Positions 1 to 13,346 of a stretch of 64,000 nucleotides of DNA are shown here, piece after piece; within the stretch, counting starts at the first letter, position 1, and each line of letters starts with the position of its first letter. This stretch comes from Mobula hypostoma (taxonomy: Eukaryota). Position numbers and translations under genes: made by a program. The stretch spans positions 34,286,001-34,350,000 of the forward strand of contig NC_086116.1 in the NCBI RefSeq assembly GCF_963921235.1. The letters run 5' to 3'. Below the pieces are notes generated by a model, which searched no databases, was not told the origin of the DNA, and saw nothing but the letters and a program-made list of their open reading frames with translations.

Positions 1-2310
1 CTTCTAAAACTCCACAATGTGTTGTATCTTTGGATGCTGAAAAAGTGTTCGACCGAGTCGAATGGAAATATTTATTCAATGTTTCAGAGAAATTTGGCTT
101 TGGTGTTAATTTTAATAATTGGGTTAAAATGATATATAATGCCCCCATTGCTACTGTTGTCACTAACAATCGTAGGTCTCCTTTTTTTCAGTTTTCACGG
201 GGGACAAGGCAAGGCTGTCCATTAAGTCCTCTGTTGTTTAATTTTAAGAACCCCTTGCTATTGCTCTTTGTGAGGCTAAAAAATCCATGGGATCTTTGTG
301 AATGAGACCATGCAAAAGGTCTCTCTTTATGCTGATGATTTATTGATTCATATATCTAACCCTGACGAATCCATTCCTGCCTTGCTAAAATTATTTAACG
401 AATTTGGAGGTTTTTCAGGATATAAAATAAATTTTAGTAAAAGTAAATTCTTTCCTTTAAATGACTCTGTCTCTATATATGATAATACTCCTTTTAAAGT
501 TTCAGACTCTTTAAGATATTTAGGTATTATAATTACTAAAAAAAATAAGGATCTTTATAAAGCTAATTTTGTTCCCTTAGTAGACTCTATGAAGTATTTA
601 TTTAGTAGATGAAGTCCACTTACATTTTCACTTGTTGGTCGTATTCATATAGTTAAAATGACGATCTTACCAAAATTTTTATATTTATTTCAGAATATTC
701 CTGTTTTTTTGACTAGGAAGTTTTTTGATCGGATTGATTCCATTATTTTATCTTTTATTTGGAATAATAAAAGACCAAAAATTAGTAAATGTCATTTACA
801 AAAATTGAAAAAGGATGGAGGTCTTGCTTTGTCTAATTTTAGAATGTATTATTGGGCCGTTAATGTGCGATATATATCTTTTTGGCTATACTGGGTTGAT
901 AAGAGTGATCGGCCAATTTGGGTAGACCTGGAACTGAAAGTTGTAAAACAGTTTTATTTAACCTCGTTATTGGGAGCTCCTTTACCTATGCAATTAGGTA
1001 AAGTTGTTAATTTAAACCTATATCCTGTGATTAAGTATTCTTTACAAATTTGGCTCCAGCTCCACAATTTTTTTAATCTTAAAAAATTTAAACTTTGTAG
1101 TTTAATTTACCAAAATTACTTTTTTAAGCCTTCTTTGAGTTATCCAATTTTTTTACTTGGGAAAAATAAAGGTATTAATTCTTTTTTGGATTTATTTAAA
1201 GAAGATAGATTGATGTCTTTTGAACAATTAATTGATAAATATTCTCTTTCATACTCACACTTTCTGCAATACCTTCAAGTTAGATATTTTTTACAAAAAT
1301 ATTTAAGTAATTTTCCTTACATATTGGAGGCTGACCTGTTAGATACTATTATGAGTATGAATCCTTTGAATAAGGGTTCTGTTGGAAGAATTTATAATTT
1401 ATTATTACAATGGGATAAGCGTCCTTTATCTAAGATTAAACAGGATTGGGAAAAGGAACTTAATTTGACTTTGATGACGGAGGATTGGATGCGGATATTG
1501 AAGTTGGTTAACTCTTCTTCAATTTGTGCTAGCCATTCATTGATTCAGTTTAAAATTGTACATCGTTATCATTTGACAAAGGAGAGACTTTCTAAAATCT
1601 TTCCTAATGTTGATAGTCATTGTGATAGATGTAAAACTGAGATAGCTACGCTGACACATATGTTTTGGTCTTGTTCTATATTGGAACAGTTCTGGAAGTC
1701 GGTTTTCTCAACAATTTCTAAAGCACTTAAAATTAATTTACAACCTAATAAAATTAACTGTGCTTTTCGCAATAGTTCCTCAAAATATTCATGGTATTTC
1801 AGTGTCTGACCAACATGTTATTGCATTTGTTACATTGATAGCTAGGAGGGCCATTTTGTTGAAGTGGAAGGATACATCAGCTCCCACTTTGTCACAATGG
1901 TTCTCTCAAGTGATGCTATGTCTTAGTTTGGAGAAAATTAGAAGTCGAACCTTTATTTGATTTTGAGAAAAGATGGGGCTCATTTGCTCGTTATTATCAT
2001 TTGAGTTAATTGATATAATTTTTCCACGATCTAATTGTAAATTTTATAGTATATTTTCTTTTCTTGCTGGCGGTTTGATGTTTATTTTTAGAAGCTATTT
2101 GTATGACGCAGGACTCCGGGGTTGTACGCCTAACGGGTTCTTTTTTTTCTCACTTTTCTGCTTAGTAGGTTTTTTTTGTTATCACAAAATTTTTTTTCAA
2201 TCTTTAAGATAATGTTTTTTTGAGGCATTGTAAGTGTTGTTACTTTGATGCACTCATGTTATTTTTCCTGTATATAACAATAAAAAGATTTGAAAAAAAA
2301 ACAAAAAAAA
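1..2310 (+). mobile_element. L1-clade LINE, 3' part (ORF2 RT and C-terminal Cys knuckle, T-rich 3'UTR, poly-A tail); disrupted
   Basis: RT motifs DAEKxFDRVEW, RGTRQGCPLSPLLF, SLYADD, YLGI; C-terminal CDRC..HMFWSC. Split by frameshifts and stops. AATAAA at 2279-2284 then an A-rich tail to 2310. Confidence 0.93.
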
Positions 2311-3199
2311 CGCTACTGAACTCAAGAGATGTGCGATATACAAGAGTGGTTACGTCTGCTATGTCACGGTCTCCGATCGGGGCTACAGACGTATATGTGA
2401 ACGGACTTTGTCCAAATGGACGTTAAATACATAAGGAAGGAAGTCACAATTTCTTCAGCATGTTCCAATAATAAAGTTGGTGAAGGGCACCCTCTAGTGG
2501 TTAATCAGTGTATCTCAGTACATATGACTACCACAGTGGGGTTCAGCAGAGAAAGAGCCCTCTGCCAAATTGACATGCCAACTGAACCATTTGCCTTTAA
2601 ACCTTTCCACCAGAGAAAAATTGAGTTTTATATGTGAGACGCAATAAAGTGGTGGAGAGGCAGAGGCTTCTCAGGATCTGTCACCAATTATCTTTGGACA
2701 CTCTGACTTCCATTGACTCCCTGTTTGATAATGTGATGGTGGTGAAGACATAATTATCCTGCAGGGTTTTGGGAGAGAGTTGGTCTCTTGACCTTGGTTG
2801 CTACTTGTCATCTCCTGCCTATTGACATCTTAGAGTGGGGGCCTCTCCTATTTTTCCTGAATTCTCTTGAAAACACTCTTCCTAGCTGCAAACCTCTTCT
2901 TAGAGTTACATTTCTTAGATTTTGGGTCTCTAATCTGCCTACTGGGGTCCTTAAGATAACAAGGTGCTTGCTTCTTGTTACGTTTTGTGACATCAAAACG
3001 TTAAACTGTTTCATAGTCCCGATGAGGGGTCTCAGCCCAAAGCATCAGCTGTTTATCCCCCTCCGTAGATGCTCCCTCATAATCTACCTTTTTATGACCT
3101 TGTGCCTGCACTGCACTCTCTCTGTAGCTCTAACACTTCATTCTGCATTCTGTTATTGTTTTACCTTGTACTCCCTCAATGTACTGTACAATGAACTGA

Positions 3200-4493
3200 A
3201 CAGGACAAGATACTGTAGTACAAAGTCAGCATGGCTTCCTTCAGGGAAAATCCTGCCTGACGAACCTGTTGGAATTCTTTGAGGAGATTACAAGTAGGAT
3301 AGATAAAGGGGATGCAGGGGATGTTGTATATTTGGACTTTCAGAAGGCCTTTTACAAGGTGCCACACATGAGGCTGCTGAGCAAGTTAAGAGCCCGTGGT
3401 ATTACAGGAAAGTTACTGGCATGGTTTGAGCATTGCTTATTGGTAGAAGGCAGCGAGTGGGAATAAAAAGATCCTTTTCTGGCCGGCTGCCTGTGACTAG
3501 CGGTGTTCTGCAGGGGTTAGCGTTGGAAATGCTCCTTTTTATGCTGTGTATCAATGACTTAGACGATGGAATAGATGGCTTTGTTGCCAAGTTTGTGGAT
3601 GATATGAAGACTGGAGGAGGGGCAGGTAGTGGTCAGGAAACAGATAGGCTGCAGAAGGACTTGGACAGATTAGGAGAATGGGCAAGAGAGTGGCAAATGA
3701 AATACAATGTTAGAAAGTACGTGGTCATGCACTTTGGTAATGGAAATAAATGTGCAGACTATTTTCTAAACAGGGAGAAAATCCAAAAATCTGAGATACA
3801 GAGGGACTTGGGAGACTTGTGCAGAACACCCTGAAGATCAACTTGCAGGTCGAGTTGGTTTTTGAGGAAGGCAAATGCAATGTCAGCATTCATTTCAAGA
3901 GGCCTAGAATACAAGAGCAGGGATGTGATGCTGAGGCTTTTTAAGGCACTGGTGAGACCTTGCCTTGAGGATTGTGAACAGTTTTGGGGCTCTCATCTTA
4001 GAAAAGATTTGCTGGCATTGGAGAGGGTTCAGGGGAGGTTCACAAGGATGATTCCACGGTTATCACATGAGGAACATTTGTTATCTCTGGGTCTGGAGGG
4101 GGGATCTCATTGAAACCTTTCAAACATTGAAAGACCTAGACAGAGTAGATGTGGAAAGGATGATTCCCATGGGGAGTCTAGGACAAGAGAGCACATCCTC
4201 AAGATAGAGGGGTGTTCATTTAAAACAAGGACGCAGAGAAATTTCTTTAGCCTGAGGGTGGTGAATTTGTGGCATTTATTACCACGAGGAGCTGTGGAGG
4301 CCAGGTCATTGGGTATATTTACTGCAGAGCTTGATCGGTTCTTGACTGGACACGGCATCAAAGGTTATGGGGAGGAGGCCGGGTTGTAGGACTGAGGAAG
4401 AGAAAAAAAAGATCAACCATGATTGAATGGCGGAGCAGACTCGATGGGCCAGATGGCCTAATTCTGCTCCTATGTTTTATGGTCTTATGGTAT
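3200..4493 (+). mobile_element. CR1-type LINE, 5'-truncated, decayed RT and 3'UTR
   Basis: VYLDFQKAF.KVPH.RLL, SGVLQG, KFVDD, LQKDLDRL, LERVQGRFTRMIP in successive broken ORFs; (tatgg/tatgt)-type microsatellite tail. Confidence 0.9.
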
Positions 4494-7400
4494 GAACAGA
4501 ATGTAAAGTTCAAAGTTAAAAGTAAATTTATTATGTACAACCCTGAGATTCATTTTCTTGTGGGCATACTTAATAAATCCTTCATAGAATGATAACCACA
4601 GGAGATGGCGCCAACTTGTGCATTCAACGAGTGTGCAAAAGACAACAGACTGTGCAAGTACAAAAAGAAATAAATAATATAAATTAATAAGCAATAAATA
4701 TTGAGAGCATGAAATGAAGAATCCTTGAAAGTTTGTAGGAACAGTTCAGTGACGGGGGGAGTGAAGTTATCCTCTGTGGTTCAAGAGCCTGACGGTTGAG
4801 GGGTGGTAGCTGTTTCTGAACCTGATGGTGCGAGCCCTGAGGCTCCTCTACCTTCTTCGTGACGGCAGCAGCAAGAAGAGAGCATGGCCTGGTTGGTGGA
4901 GTTCCCTTGATGATAGATGCTGCTTTCCTGTGACAAAGTTGTGCTAAATGGTGGGGAGGCCTTCACCCGTGATGGACTGAGCCAGATCCACCACTTTCCA
5001 TACTAAATTGTGATGCAGCCAGTCAATATACTCTCCACCACACGTCTATAGAAGTTTATCCAGGTTTTAGATGTCATGCTGAATCTTCACAAACTCCTAA
5101 GGAAGTAGAGGCACTGTGGTGCTTTCTTCATAATTGTACTTATGTGCAGTTATGAAGCCAAGCTCTTCGGTATACCTCGGTACATGTGACAATATTAAGT
5201 CCTGATGAAGGGTCTCAGCCTAAATCATCGATAGTTTATTCTCCTGTGGAGTGAAATAGACAGTCAACGTTCAGGTTGAGACCTTTCATCTGGGCTGGAA
5301 AGTAAAGGGGTAGAAGTCAGAGGCATGCAGGCTGTTCATTCCCCTCCATAGATGCTGCCCGACCTGCTGAGTTCTTACAGCATTTTGTGTGTGTTTTCTG
5401 GATTTCCAGACAATGCCAGCACATCTTTTCATAGATATCCCCCTTCCCCCTTATTGGGTGTGAGACTTTACAAGGACGAGTGATGTACACTTGCTTGAGG
5501 AAGGCTCTGAAAACTGCTAGACAAAGGTTTGGACAAAACTGTTTAAAACACCAAGGCCCAGAATTTAGATTTTTTTTTTGTTCACTGAAGTTGCAATGCA
5601 TCTCAAACTTGAGCCAATATAGACCTAATCCAAAATATCGGTTAGAAAAATGTTAGGGCAGCTGACACATAGAAAGCTGTGTGAAAGCCAGTGTGGGTTT
5701 TGACAAGAGCTGCATAATGAAGTGGTCGCTGTCTAATAGATTATCTGACCCCTGAAGCTCCAGTCCACAGTTTCAAAGTACATTTTTTAATCAAAATATG
5801 AGTACAGTTTACAACCCTGAGATTCATCTTCCCACAGACAGCCATGAAACAAAGAAACACCACCGCTAAAAAAAAGCATCAAACGTCCAATGTGCAAACA
5901 GCAAAAAACAGAGGGAATAACATACAGCATATTAAACATTAAACCACAGGATTTTTGAAACTGTCCAAAATTAGAGACTGCATGGAGTGAGTGACACAGT
6001 TGATTTTGCGGCTGCATTCTGCTGCCCACTGATCCCACAGCTGGTTGTGATGCAGGACAGAGTACAGACAAAATTTACAAGAACGTTGCTGGGATTTGAG
6101 GACCTGAGTTATCAGGAAAGGTCGAATAGTCTAGGACGTTATTCTCTGGAGCATAGAAAAATAAGGGAAGATTTGATAGAGGGGTACAATTATTTGATGC
6201 AATTATGAGGGATACAGACAGGGTAATTGCAGGCAGGCTTTTTCCACTGAGGTTGGGGGAGATTGGAACTAGAGGTTGTGGGTTAAGGCCAAAAGATGAA
6301 ATACTGAAGGATAACTTGGAGGGGAAATTCTTCAAAGGGTGGTGCAAATATGGGATGAGTTACCAGTAGAAGTGATAGATGTGGGTTTGATTTCAACGTT
6401 TAAGAGAAGTTTGGACAGGTCCATGGAATGGAGGGTTATGGCCCAGGTGTGGGCTGATGGGACTAGACAGAATAGCAGTTCAGCACAGACTAGATGGGCC
6501 AAAGGACCTGTTTCAGTGCTGTAGTGTTCTATTACTCTGTTGCATTAAGGTGCATGAAAGAAAACCTCTGATCAGTACTGAAGCAAATAAAGTCACCAAT
6601 ATTCTGAGCAGTTCAGGGACTTGTCATCTGAAGTTCTTGATATTTATTTATTTTATTTCTTTTGTATTTGCAGTTTCTTGTCATTTGCACACTGGTTGTT
6701 TGCCAATCCTGTGGGGTGTGGTCTTTCATTGATTCCATGGTTTCTTGGATTTACAGTGCATGCCTGCAAGAAAATGAACCTCAGTGTTGCATATAGTGAC
6801 ATATATGTACTTTGATGAGAAATTTACTTTGAACTTTGATTGCTTCTGGTTGTCTCCCCATGTGGGTGTTTATAACTAAACATCACCACATTGGTAACTT
6901 ACTGTCTTGACCTGAGACCTGAATTATCATGACTTCTTAACTATTTCCATGAAACTTCATCTAATAGGGGCAGCCATTTAATTGAGCCAAAATGTACAGG
7001 TTGTGATGCGTCCCAATTAAACAGAATCAACTGATGAGACCATAAGACATAGGAACAGAATTAGGCCGTTTGTCCCATCTAGTCCGCTCCACCACTTCAT
7101 CATGACTGATCCATTTCCCTCTCAGCCCCAACCTCCTGCCTCCTCCACATACCCTTTCTTGCCCTGACTAATCAGAATCTGTCAACCTCTGCCTCAAATG
7201 TACCTAATGATTTGGCCCCCACAGCCACCTGTGGCAACAAATTCCACTTACTGCACAGGACCAAAAGAGGCTGCAGAGGGTTGTAAATCTAGTCAGCTCC
7301 ATCTTGGGCACTAGCCTACAAAGTACCCAGGACATCTTCCAGGAGCTCCAGCACCCCCAGGATATGCCCTTTTCTCACTGTTACCATCAGGTGGCAGGTA

Positions 7401-8143
7401 CAGAAGCCTGAAGACACACACTCAGCGATTTGGGTACAGCTTCTACCCCTCTGCCATCCGCTTGCCAAATGGACATTGAACCCTTGAACACTACCTCACT
7501 TTTTTTGAACATGTTTTTTTGCACAATTTTTAATCTATTTAATATACATGCACTGTAATTTATTATTTTCTTCTATATTATGTATTGAACTGCTGCTGCT
7601 AAGTTAACAAATTTCATGACACATGCCGGTGATAATAAACCTGATTCTGATTCACCACCCTCTGGGTAAAGAAATCCCTCGTCTCTGTTCTAATCTACCA
7701 TTAGTTTAAAAGGGCTAGGGTTTTCTTGGCCAGTTGTACAATCAAAAGGACTGAAATACCTAATTCAACAGCCATGGAAGGCAATCAACATTGCAATTCC
7801 CCACTGTAGTCTATAATGGAGATCACAAGTAGCTTTACTCTCATTGTTTTAAAAAATGCCTCATTTAAGCCCAACTACAAGCACAGTAACTGATGGATGG
7901 ATGCAGGTTTGATAGGGAATGGAGTTGCTTCCAGCAATACGGAATGCATACTGTTTGCAGTAACTGGTAAAAATTTAACACTTGCATCTTGCAGGAATGT
8001 TTTTGCTGGTTGGGGGGGGGAATCGTTGCTTTGCTGCCGCTTATGCGTGGGAGGGGATCATTGGGGTTCTATCTGTCATTCATTCTTTGGGGCACTCCTC
8101 CGTTTTCGTGGATGGTTGCAAAGAGAAAGAATTTCAGGATGTA

Positions 8144-8308
8144 CGAGGGTTGATTGATAAGTTCGTGGCCTGAGGTAGAAGAAGATGAGTTATACAGCTC
8201 TCGTTACGTGCACGTGCAGTTCAATGCTTTGAGTGACTATGCAGAAAGTTTGAAGTTAATAACTCATCTCCTTCTACCTTAGGCCATAAACTTATCAATC
8301 ACTCCTAG
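8144..8308. mobile_element. Mariner/Tc1-type MITE
   Basis: About 50-bp imperfect terminal inverted repeats (cgagggttgattgataagttcgtggcctgaggtagaag.. / ..cttctaccttaggccataaacttatcaatcactcctag), with TA on both sides (8142-43, 8309-10). Confidence 0.8.
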
Positions 8309-8441
8309 TAGATTGTATACATTTCTCTGTCATTAAATGTACCTTTGAAACCTTTGAAGAGAAGATACTCCAACTGGTCAATAATGAAACTCAGGCAATT
8401 TAGTTGAAATATTTTCTTTATAGAATGTTCTCTACAGCATA

Positions 8442-8447
8442 TTTATT
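8442..8447 (-). terminator. Candidate CDNF polyadenylation signal AATAAA
   Basis: TTTATT on the + strand, about 42 nt beyond the CDNF stop codon. Confidence 0.55.
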
Positions 8448-8488
8448 TACAATGAACAGGTGGGTTTCAGATTTATAATACAGAGACT

Positions 8489-8673
8489 TTATAGATCAGA
8501 GTTCAAATCCAGTTCATCAGACTTGTACATTTTAGCCAACTCCAAAATTAAATTGATAAACTCGATTTTCTCCGCACAGGCTAAGCATTTCTCTCCCCAG
8601 TTGTCCAGAATTCTCTTCAGCTCGGCCACTCTCAGTTTGGATAGTTCAACTTTATTCAAATCCAATTTCTTAT
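8489..8673 (-). CDS. CDNF: CDNF exon 4 (SAP-like domain, stop codon)
   Basis: Acceptor cttgcag; (D)[60 protein letters not shown]. Confidence 0.93.
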
Positions 8674-8714
8674 CTGCAAGGCAAAGTGGAAGACAATTTT
8701 ACTGTTAAGATTTC

Positions 8715-9620
8715 AACGCATTCTGCACGGAGGTCGTTGACCAGTGATGTTCCATTCTGGGAGCCCTGCTCTTTGTGACTTTTATAAATGATCTGGAAGG
8801 GTGGGTTAATAAGCTTGCAGATGACATGACAGTTGATGGTGTTGTGGATAGTACAGGTTGTCGTAAGATACAGCGGGATCATTGATAGAATACAGAGCTG
8901 GCCTGAGATGTGGCAGATAGAGTTCAATCTAGAAAAGTGTGAAGTGATATGTAGACTTTGGAAAGTCACACTGGAAGGCAGAATACAGGGTTAATAGCAG
9001 CATCCTCATTAGTGAGGCGGATCGGAGGGATCTTGGGGTCCACATCATAGTGGCTGTGTAAGCTGATAACGAGGTTAGGTAGGTGTCTGATGTGTTGGCC
9101 TTATTAGTTGGGTGACTAAATTCAAGAGCTGCGAGCTAACCTTGCAACTTATAAAACTTCGGTTAGATCATACTTGGATTGTGTTCAGTTCTGGTCACGA
9201 TATTCTCGGAAGGGTGTGGAAGCTCTAGAGAGGGTGCAGGAGATTTACCAGGATGCTGCCTAGATTGGAGAACTTGTTTCAGTTGAGCAGCTGAGGGCTT
9301 TTCCCTTTGCAGCGAAGGATGAAAGGCGACCTGATAGAGGGGTACAAGATAAGAGGCACAGATCAAGTGGACAGCTGAAGACACTTACCCCAAAGCTGAA
9401 ATAGAAGTATTGGGGGGTGGGGGGGGGTGAATATCAGAGGTAAGTTTTTTTTAAACTACACAGTGATGTGTGTGGTAGGGCATTTAAGAAACTCAAGACA
9501 GGCACGTGGATGACAGAAAAATAGAGGGCTATGTGGGAGGGAAGGGTTAGATTGATCTTGGAGGAGGTTAACAGGCTGGTACATCATGGGCCAAGGGGCC
9601 CGCACTGCAGCAAAAGGCAG
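8715..9620 (+). mobile_element. CR1-type LINE fragment, heavily decayed
   Basis: Similar to the CR1 copy at 50860-51965 (..tttataaatgatctgg..gcagatgac..tggcagatagagttcaat..ttgtgttcagttctggtcac). Confidence 0.75.
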
Positions 9621-10230
9621 GCAAGTACTATGACAAAATATTTCAGTGTGGGTACAGTAGCCCACACACACTCAATCCATGAATTCCAGCACTCAACTAC
9701 AAATCACTGGTGTAAAAAGTAATAAGATACCACAAACACTTAACATACTTTGACAAGCAGGGCTAGAATTATGTTGGTGTATCATTAAGTTCGAAACAAA
9801 ACTACAAATTAAAATTTAAACAAATTAGGAACAAAATGTTAGTTATTGCTCACATCCAGTTTATAATGCCAGACTTTAACAGATGTGTAATTACTGAAAA
9901 TTCTGGAGGCGTGCATTTGACGATCAGTTCCTATCAATGCCCCCCAGCAAATGGCCCATGGCTCACAACAGCTTCAATGACCAAGAAAATGCTTCCCCAT
10001 CACAGTCACGTTACCACTGTTGGACTGAGGTTACAGACAGTTGTTGGAATGGGAGAATGAAGCAAGCTTGGCCAAACATATTTTGTTATCGGTAAGTCTG
10101 TGGACTAGACAGAATGTCTGGTTATACAAGGCATTGTGAACACTGTTCAGTTTGTTTTCCCTTGTGTATCTAACCTACTTCACGATTCTGCCCTTTAATG
10201 AAACAGTTATTTCCCCTCAACCAGCTAAAT

Positions 10231-10309
10231 CAGGGGTTCCCACCTTTTTTATGCCATAGAGCCTAACCATTAACTGAGGGGCCTGTGGGTCCCAGTTTGG
10301 GAACTCCTG
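10231..10309. mobile_element. hAT-type mini-MITE (related copies near 25430-25474, 62723-62790 and 62906-62985)
   Basis: TIR caggggttccc..gggaactcctg; near-identical 8-bp flanks agctaaat / atctaaat. Confidence 0.65.
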
Positions 10310-10648
10310 ATCTAAATGAATCTCAGGGTGATAAATGGTGACATATATATACTTTGATAATAAATTTACTTTGTATTTTTGAACTTTGAACTTTAATTGC
10401 CAATACTGCTGGCTGTGTGAACGGATCCACAGTTAAAATATTTTCAGCATTGTCAGGTAAACCAACCAAGAATGGCATCTTCCCAAACCAACACATCAGC
10501 GGTACAGCAGAATGGTGGTGTAGCAGTCAGCGTAACACTTTACGGTCTAGGTTCAATTTCTGCCACTGTCTGTAAGGAGTTTGTACGTTTCCACATGATC
10601 ACATAGGCTTGCTCTGAAGATATACGGCTAAGTTTCGTGAGTTGTGGA

Positions 10649-10842
10649 CACTGGTCCCTCTAAGCTGCCACGCAGTAGCTGAAATGCTCTCACCCACATT
10701 GCCTTCGTTGCCACGCAGCTGGAATGTTCTATATTATGTTAATAATGGAGTGCCGCAGTTTTCAGGCCGTGTGAAAAATTCCACGTCAGAGCAATGGTTG
10801 ATCCATGCAGCCATTTAAAAAAAATAATTTGAGGGAACATTG
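10649..10842. mobile_element. hAT-type MITE inserted in a SINE (related partial copy near 55853-56160)
   Basis: TIR cactggtccctc..gagggaacattg; 8-bp flanks gttgtgga / gttgtggg. Confidence 0.7.
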
Positions 10843-12490
10843 GTTGTGGGCATGCTACATAGGCACCCGAAGTGTGGCGATGCTTGGGGCTGCATAGCAC
10901 AACCCTTGCTGATTTGACTTCATGCAAACAATGCATGACTGAATGTTTTGAAGTATACATGATAGATGAAGCTAATCGCTGAACCAACTGAAAGGGACTC
11001 CCTTTAACAATGCAGCTGAAATTCCCAAGAGTCATTCAGCCATATCCTGAATGAATCAAGCTCCTGCTGTGAGGAGCACTTCTCCCTAGCAACAGATGGA
11101 CCGAATCCATGACACAGGTTACAGCATTTCCTTGGAAATTCTGTTTACAGAGATTAGCATTATTTGCCACATGTACATCAAAACATACAGCGAATGCATC
11201 ATTTGTGTCAGCGACCAACCCATTCCCAGGATGTGCCGGATGGCCCACAAGTGTCACCATGCTCCTGGTGCCCACACAGCATCACCACAAAACATTAACT
11301 CACTAACCCTAAGCATACATCTTTGGAACGTGAGAAGAAACTGGAGCACCCAGTGGAACAGGGAGAACCTACAAATTCCTTACAGACAGCGGTGGGAATT
11401 GAACCAGTCGTTGATGCAGTAGTGTTACGCTACTGTGCCATGAGGCTCGTCACAAACCTCACGCGTATAGTTCTAATTTAAATTTTGTGGCAGCCCAAAG
11501 TTTGAGGGCAACTTCACAAAGTTTCGTTTTTTTTGGTAAAATGAAAAGGACTCAGTTCCAGAGTTTATTTCTAGATGAAGTTCTATGCCAGCATTTCCTG
11601 CAGAGCAAGTATGAATTTTAACCTCAAGGACAAGCAATGCTTTGATCTTGTTGACCAGCTGCCATCTGTTGGCACAAGAACTAGAACTGATTGGCTAGGG
11701 TAACAGCTTCTTCCCCCAGGACGTTAGACTTCTTAACACTCTGCTGCCACTCAGCACACATGTACTCTGTCCAGATACCCTGCCATGCCCCTCCCACACC
11801 ACCGCCCCACCTCAGACCCACTCTCATCCTGCACTCGGCACTTTTCAGCTTTTAACACACTGCACATTGGGTCTTTGATGGCCTTTTTAAATGGCTTCTA
11901 TTGTGTTTCTTTGTTTTGTGACAGCCTGAAAGGAGACGAATCTCAAGGTTGTATATAGTATAAACACACTTTGATAATAAGCGTACCTAAACTTTTATTG
12001 CTGCTGTTTCACATATGACTGCTTGATTTATTATCATAACATGACACCGTCTTACATAAATATGCACCTCGCACTTCATGTCATTCTTCAGCCCCTGCGA
12101 CTCAGGGTCCTGTGCTAATGTTAAACAGTGACTGTGCTGGATCATAACTATACGTGCCGCGTGTGACTGTATGTACTGTATTTTGCACCTTGGCTCCAGA
12201 GGAACTGTTTCGTTTAGCTGTAAACATGTGCATAGTTGCAGGACGATGGAACGATGAAGTTGAAATGGTTTAGCATGGACCAGATGGGCCGAAGGGCCTG
12301 CTTCGGTGCTGTAGTGTTCTATGACTCTGACTGTGTATGGTTGAACGGCAATAAACGTGAACTTGAACACAGTCCAATCGCAGAAACACAAGGAACCAGA
12401 CATGGGGTATAGTTTTGTAGGAACACACACCACGAAGGATAAAGCCGATGTTCAAGATGATGCATGGAAGGAAGAAACTGAAATTTGTAC

Positions 12491-12632
12491 CGTATTTTAG
12501 CTCACATATCTGAGCATCTGTCTTTCTGAGCTTCTCACAGATCTTCGGTACAGGCACATGGGCACTCATGGGACGGGCTACTTCATTCATGATCTTCGTG
12601 GCGGCGTCACTTGTTGCTCCGATATAGTAGCA
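12491..12632 (-). CDS. CDNF: CDNF exon 3
   Basis: Acceptor caacag; [47 protein letters not shown]+G; donor gtacaa; 142 nt. Confidence 0.95.
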
Positions 12633-12994
12633 CTGTTGGAGGTAAAGTTACACATGGTCATGCACGCTGCCACAACAAATTCAACATTCAAGACCGTTTA
12701 ATGTCATTTCCAGTTCACAAGTGCAAAGGTGAACAGCATAATTGTTACTCCAGATCCAACAGAGCACAAAAAAAAGTACAGAAAGAATACGATAAAAAAA
12801 TATATAAATACATACGATAGCTTATATACATATTGTCTGTCCATAAAGTGACACTAGGCACAGGAGTGACTGGCAGGTAATGATAAAGTAGTTGTGGTTG
12901 AGGGTGTGGTGGGGTGGTTTAGTGGGTGGAGGTGTTGAGCAGCCTTACTGCTCAGAGTCAGTAACTGTTTTTGAGTGTGGTGGTCCTGGCATGG

Positions 12995-13307
12995 ATGCTA
13001 TGTAGCACTCAGGTCTACTGTGACAAAATGCTTTGAGAAGTTGGTCATGTCTAGAATGAACCCCTGTCTCAGGAAGGACCTGGGCCCACTGCAGTTTGCC
13101 TATTGCCACGATAGGTCTACGGCAGACATGATCACAATGGCTTTCAACATGGCCTTGGATCACCTGGACAATATAAACACCCATGTCAGGAAGATGTTAA
13201 TTGACTACAGTTCTACGTTTAACACCATCATTCCTTTTTTTTTGGCGTGTGTGTCTGCGCATGTGCAATGTTGGCGAGATGATGTCTTTTTCATGCCTTT
13301 ACAAGGC

Positions 13308-13346
<39 letters not shown>

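Noticed and set aside
658-1809. 383-aa ORF as a host gene
   Set aside because: It is the C-terminal part of a broken L1 ORF2.
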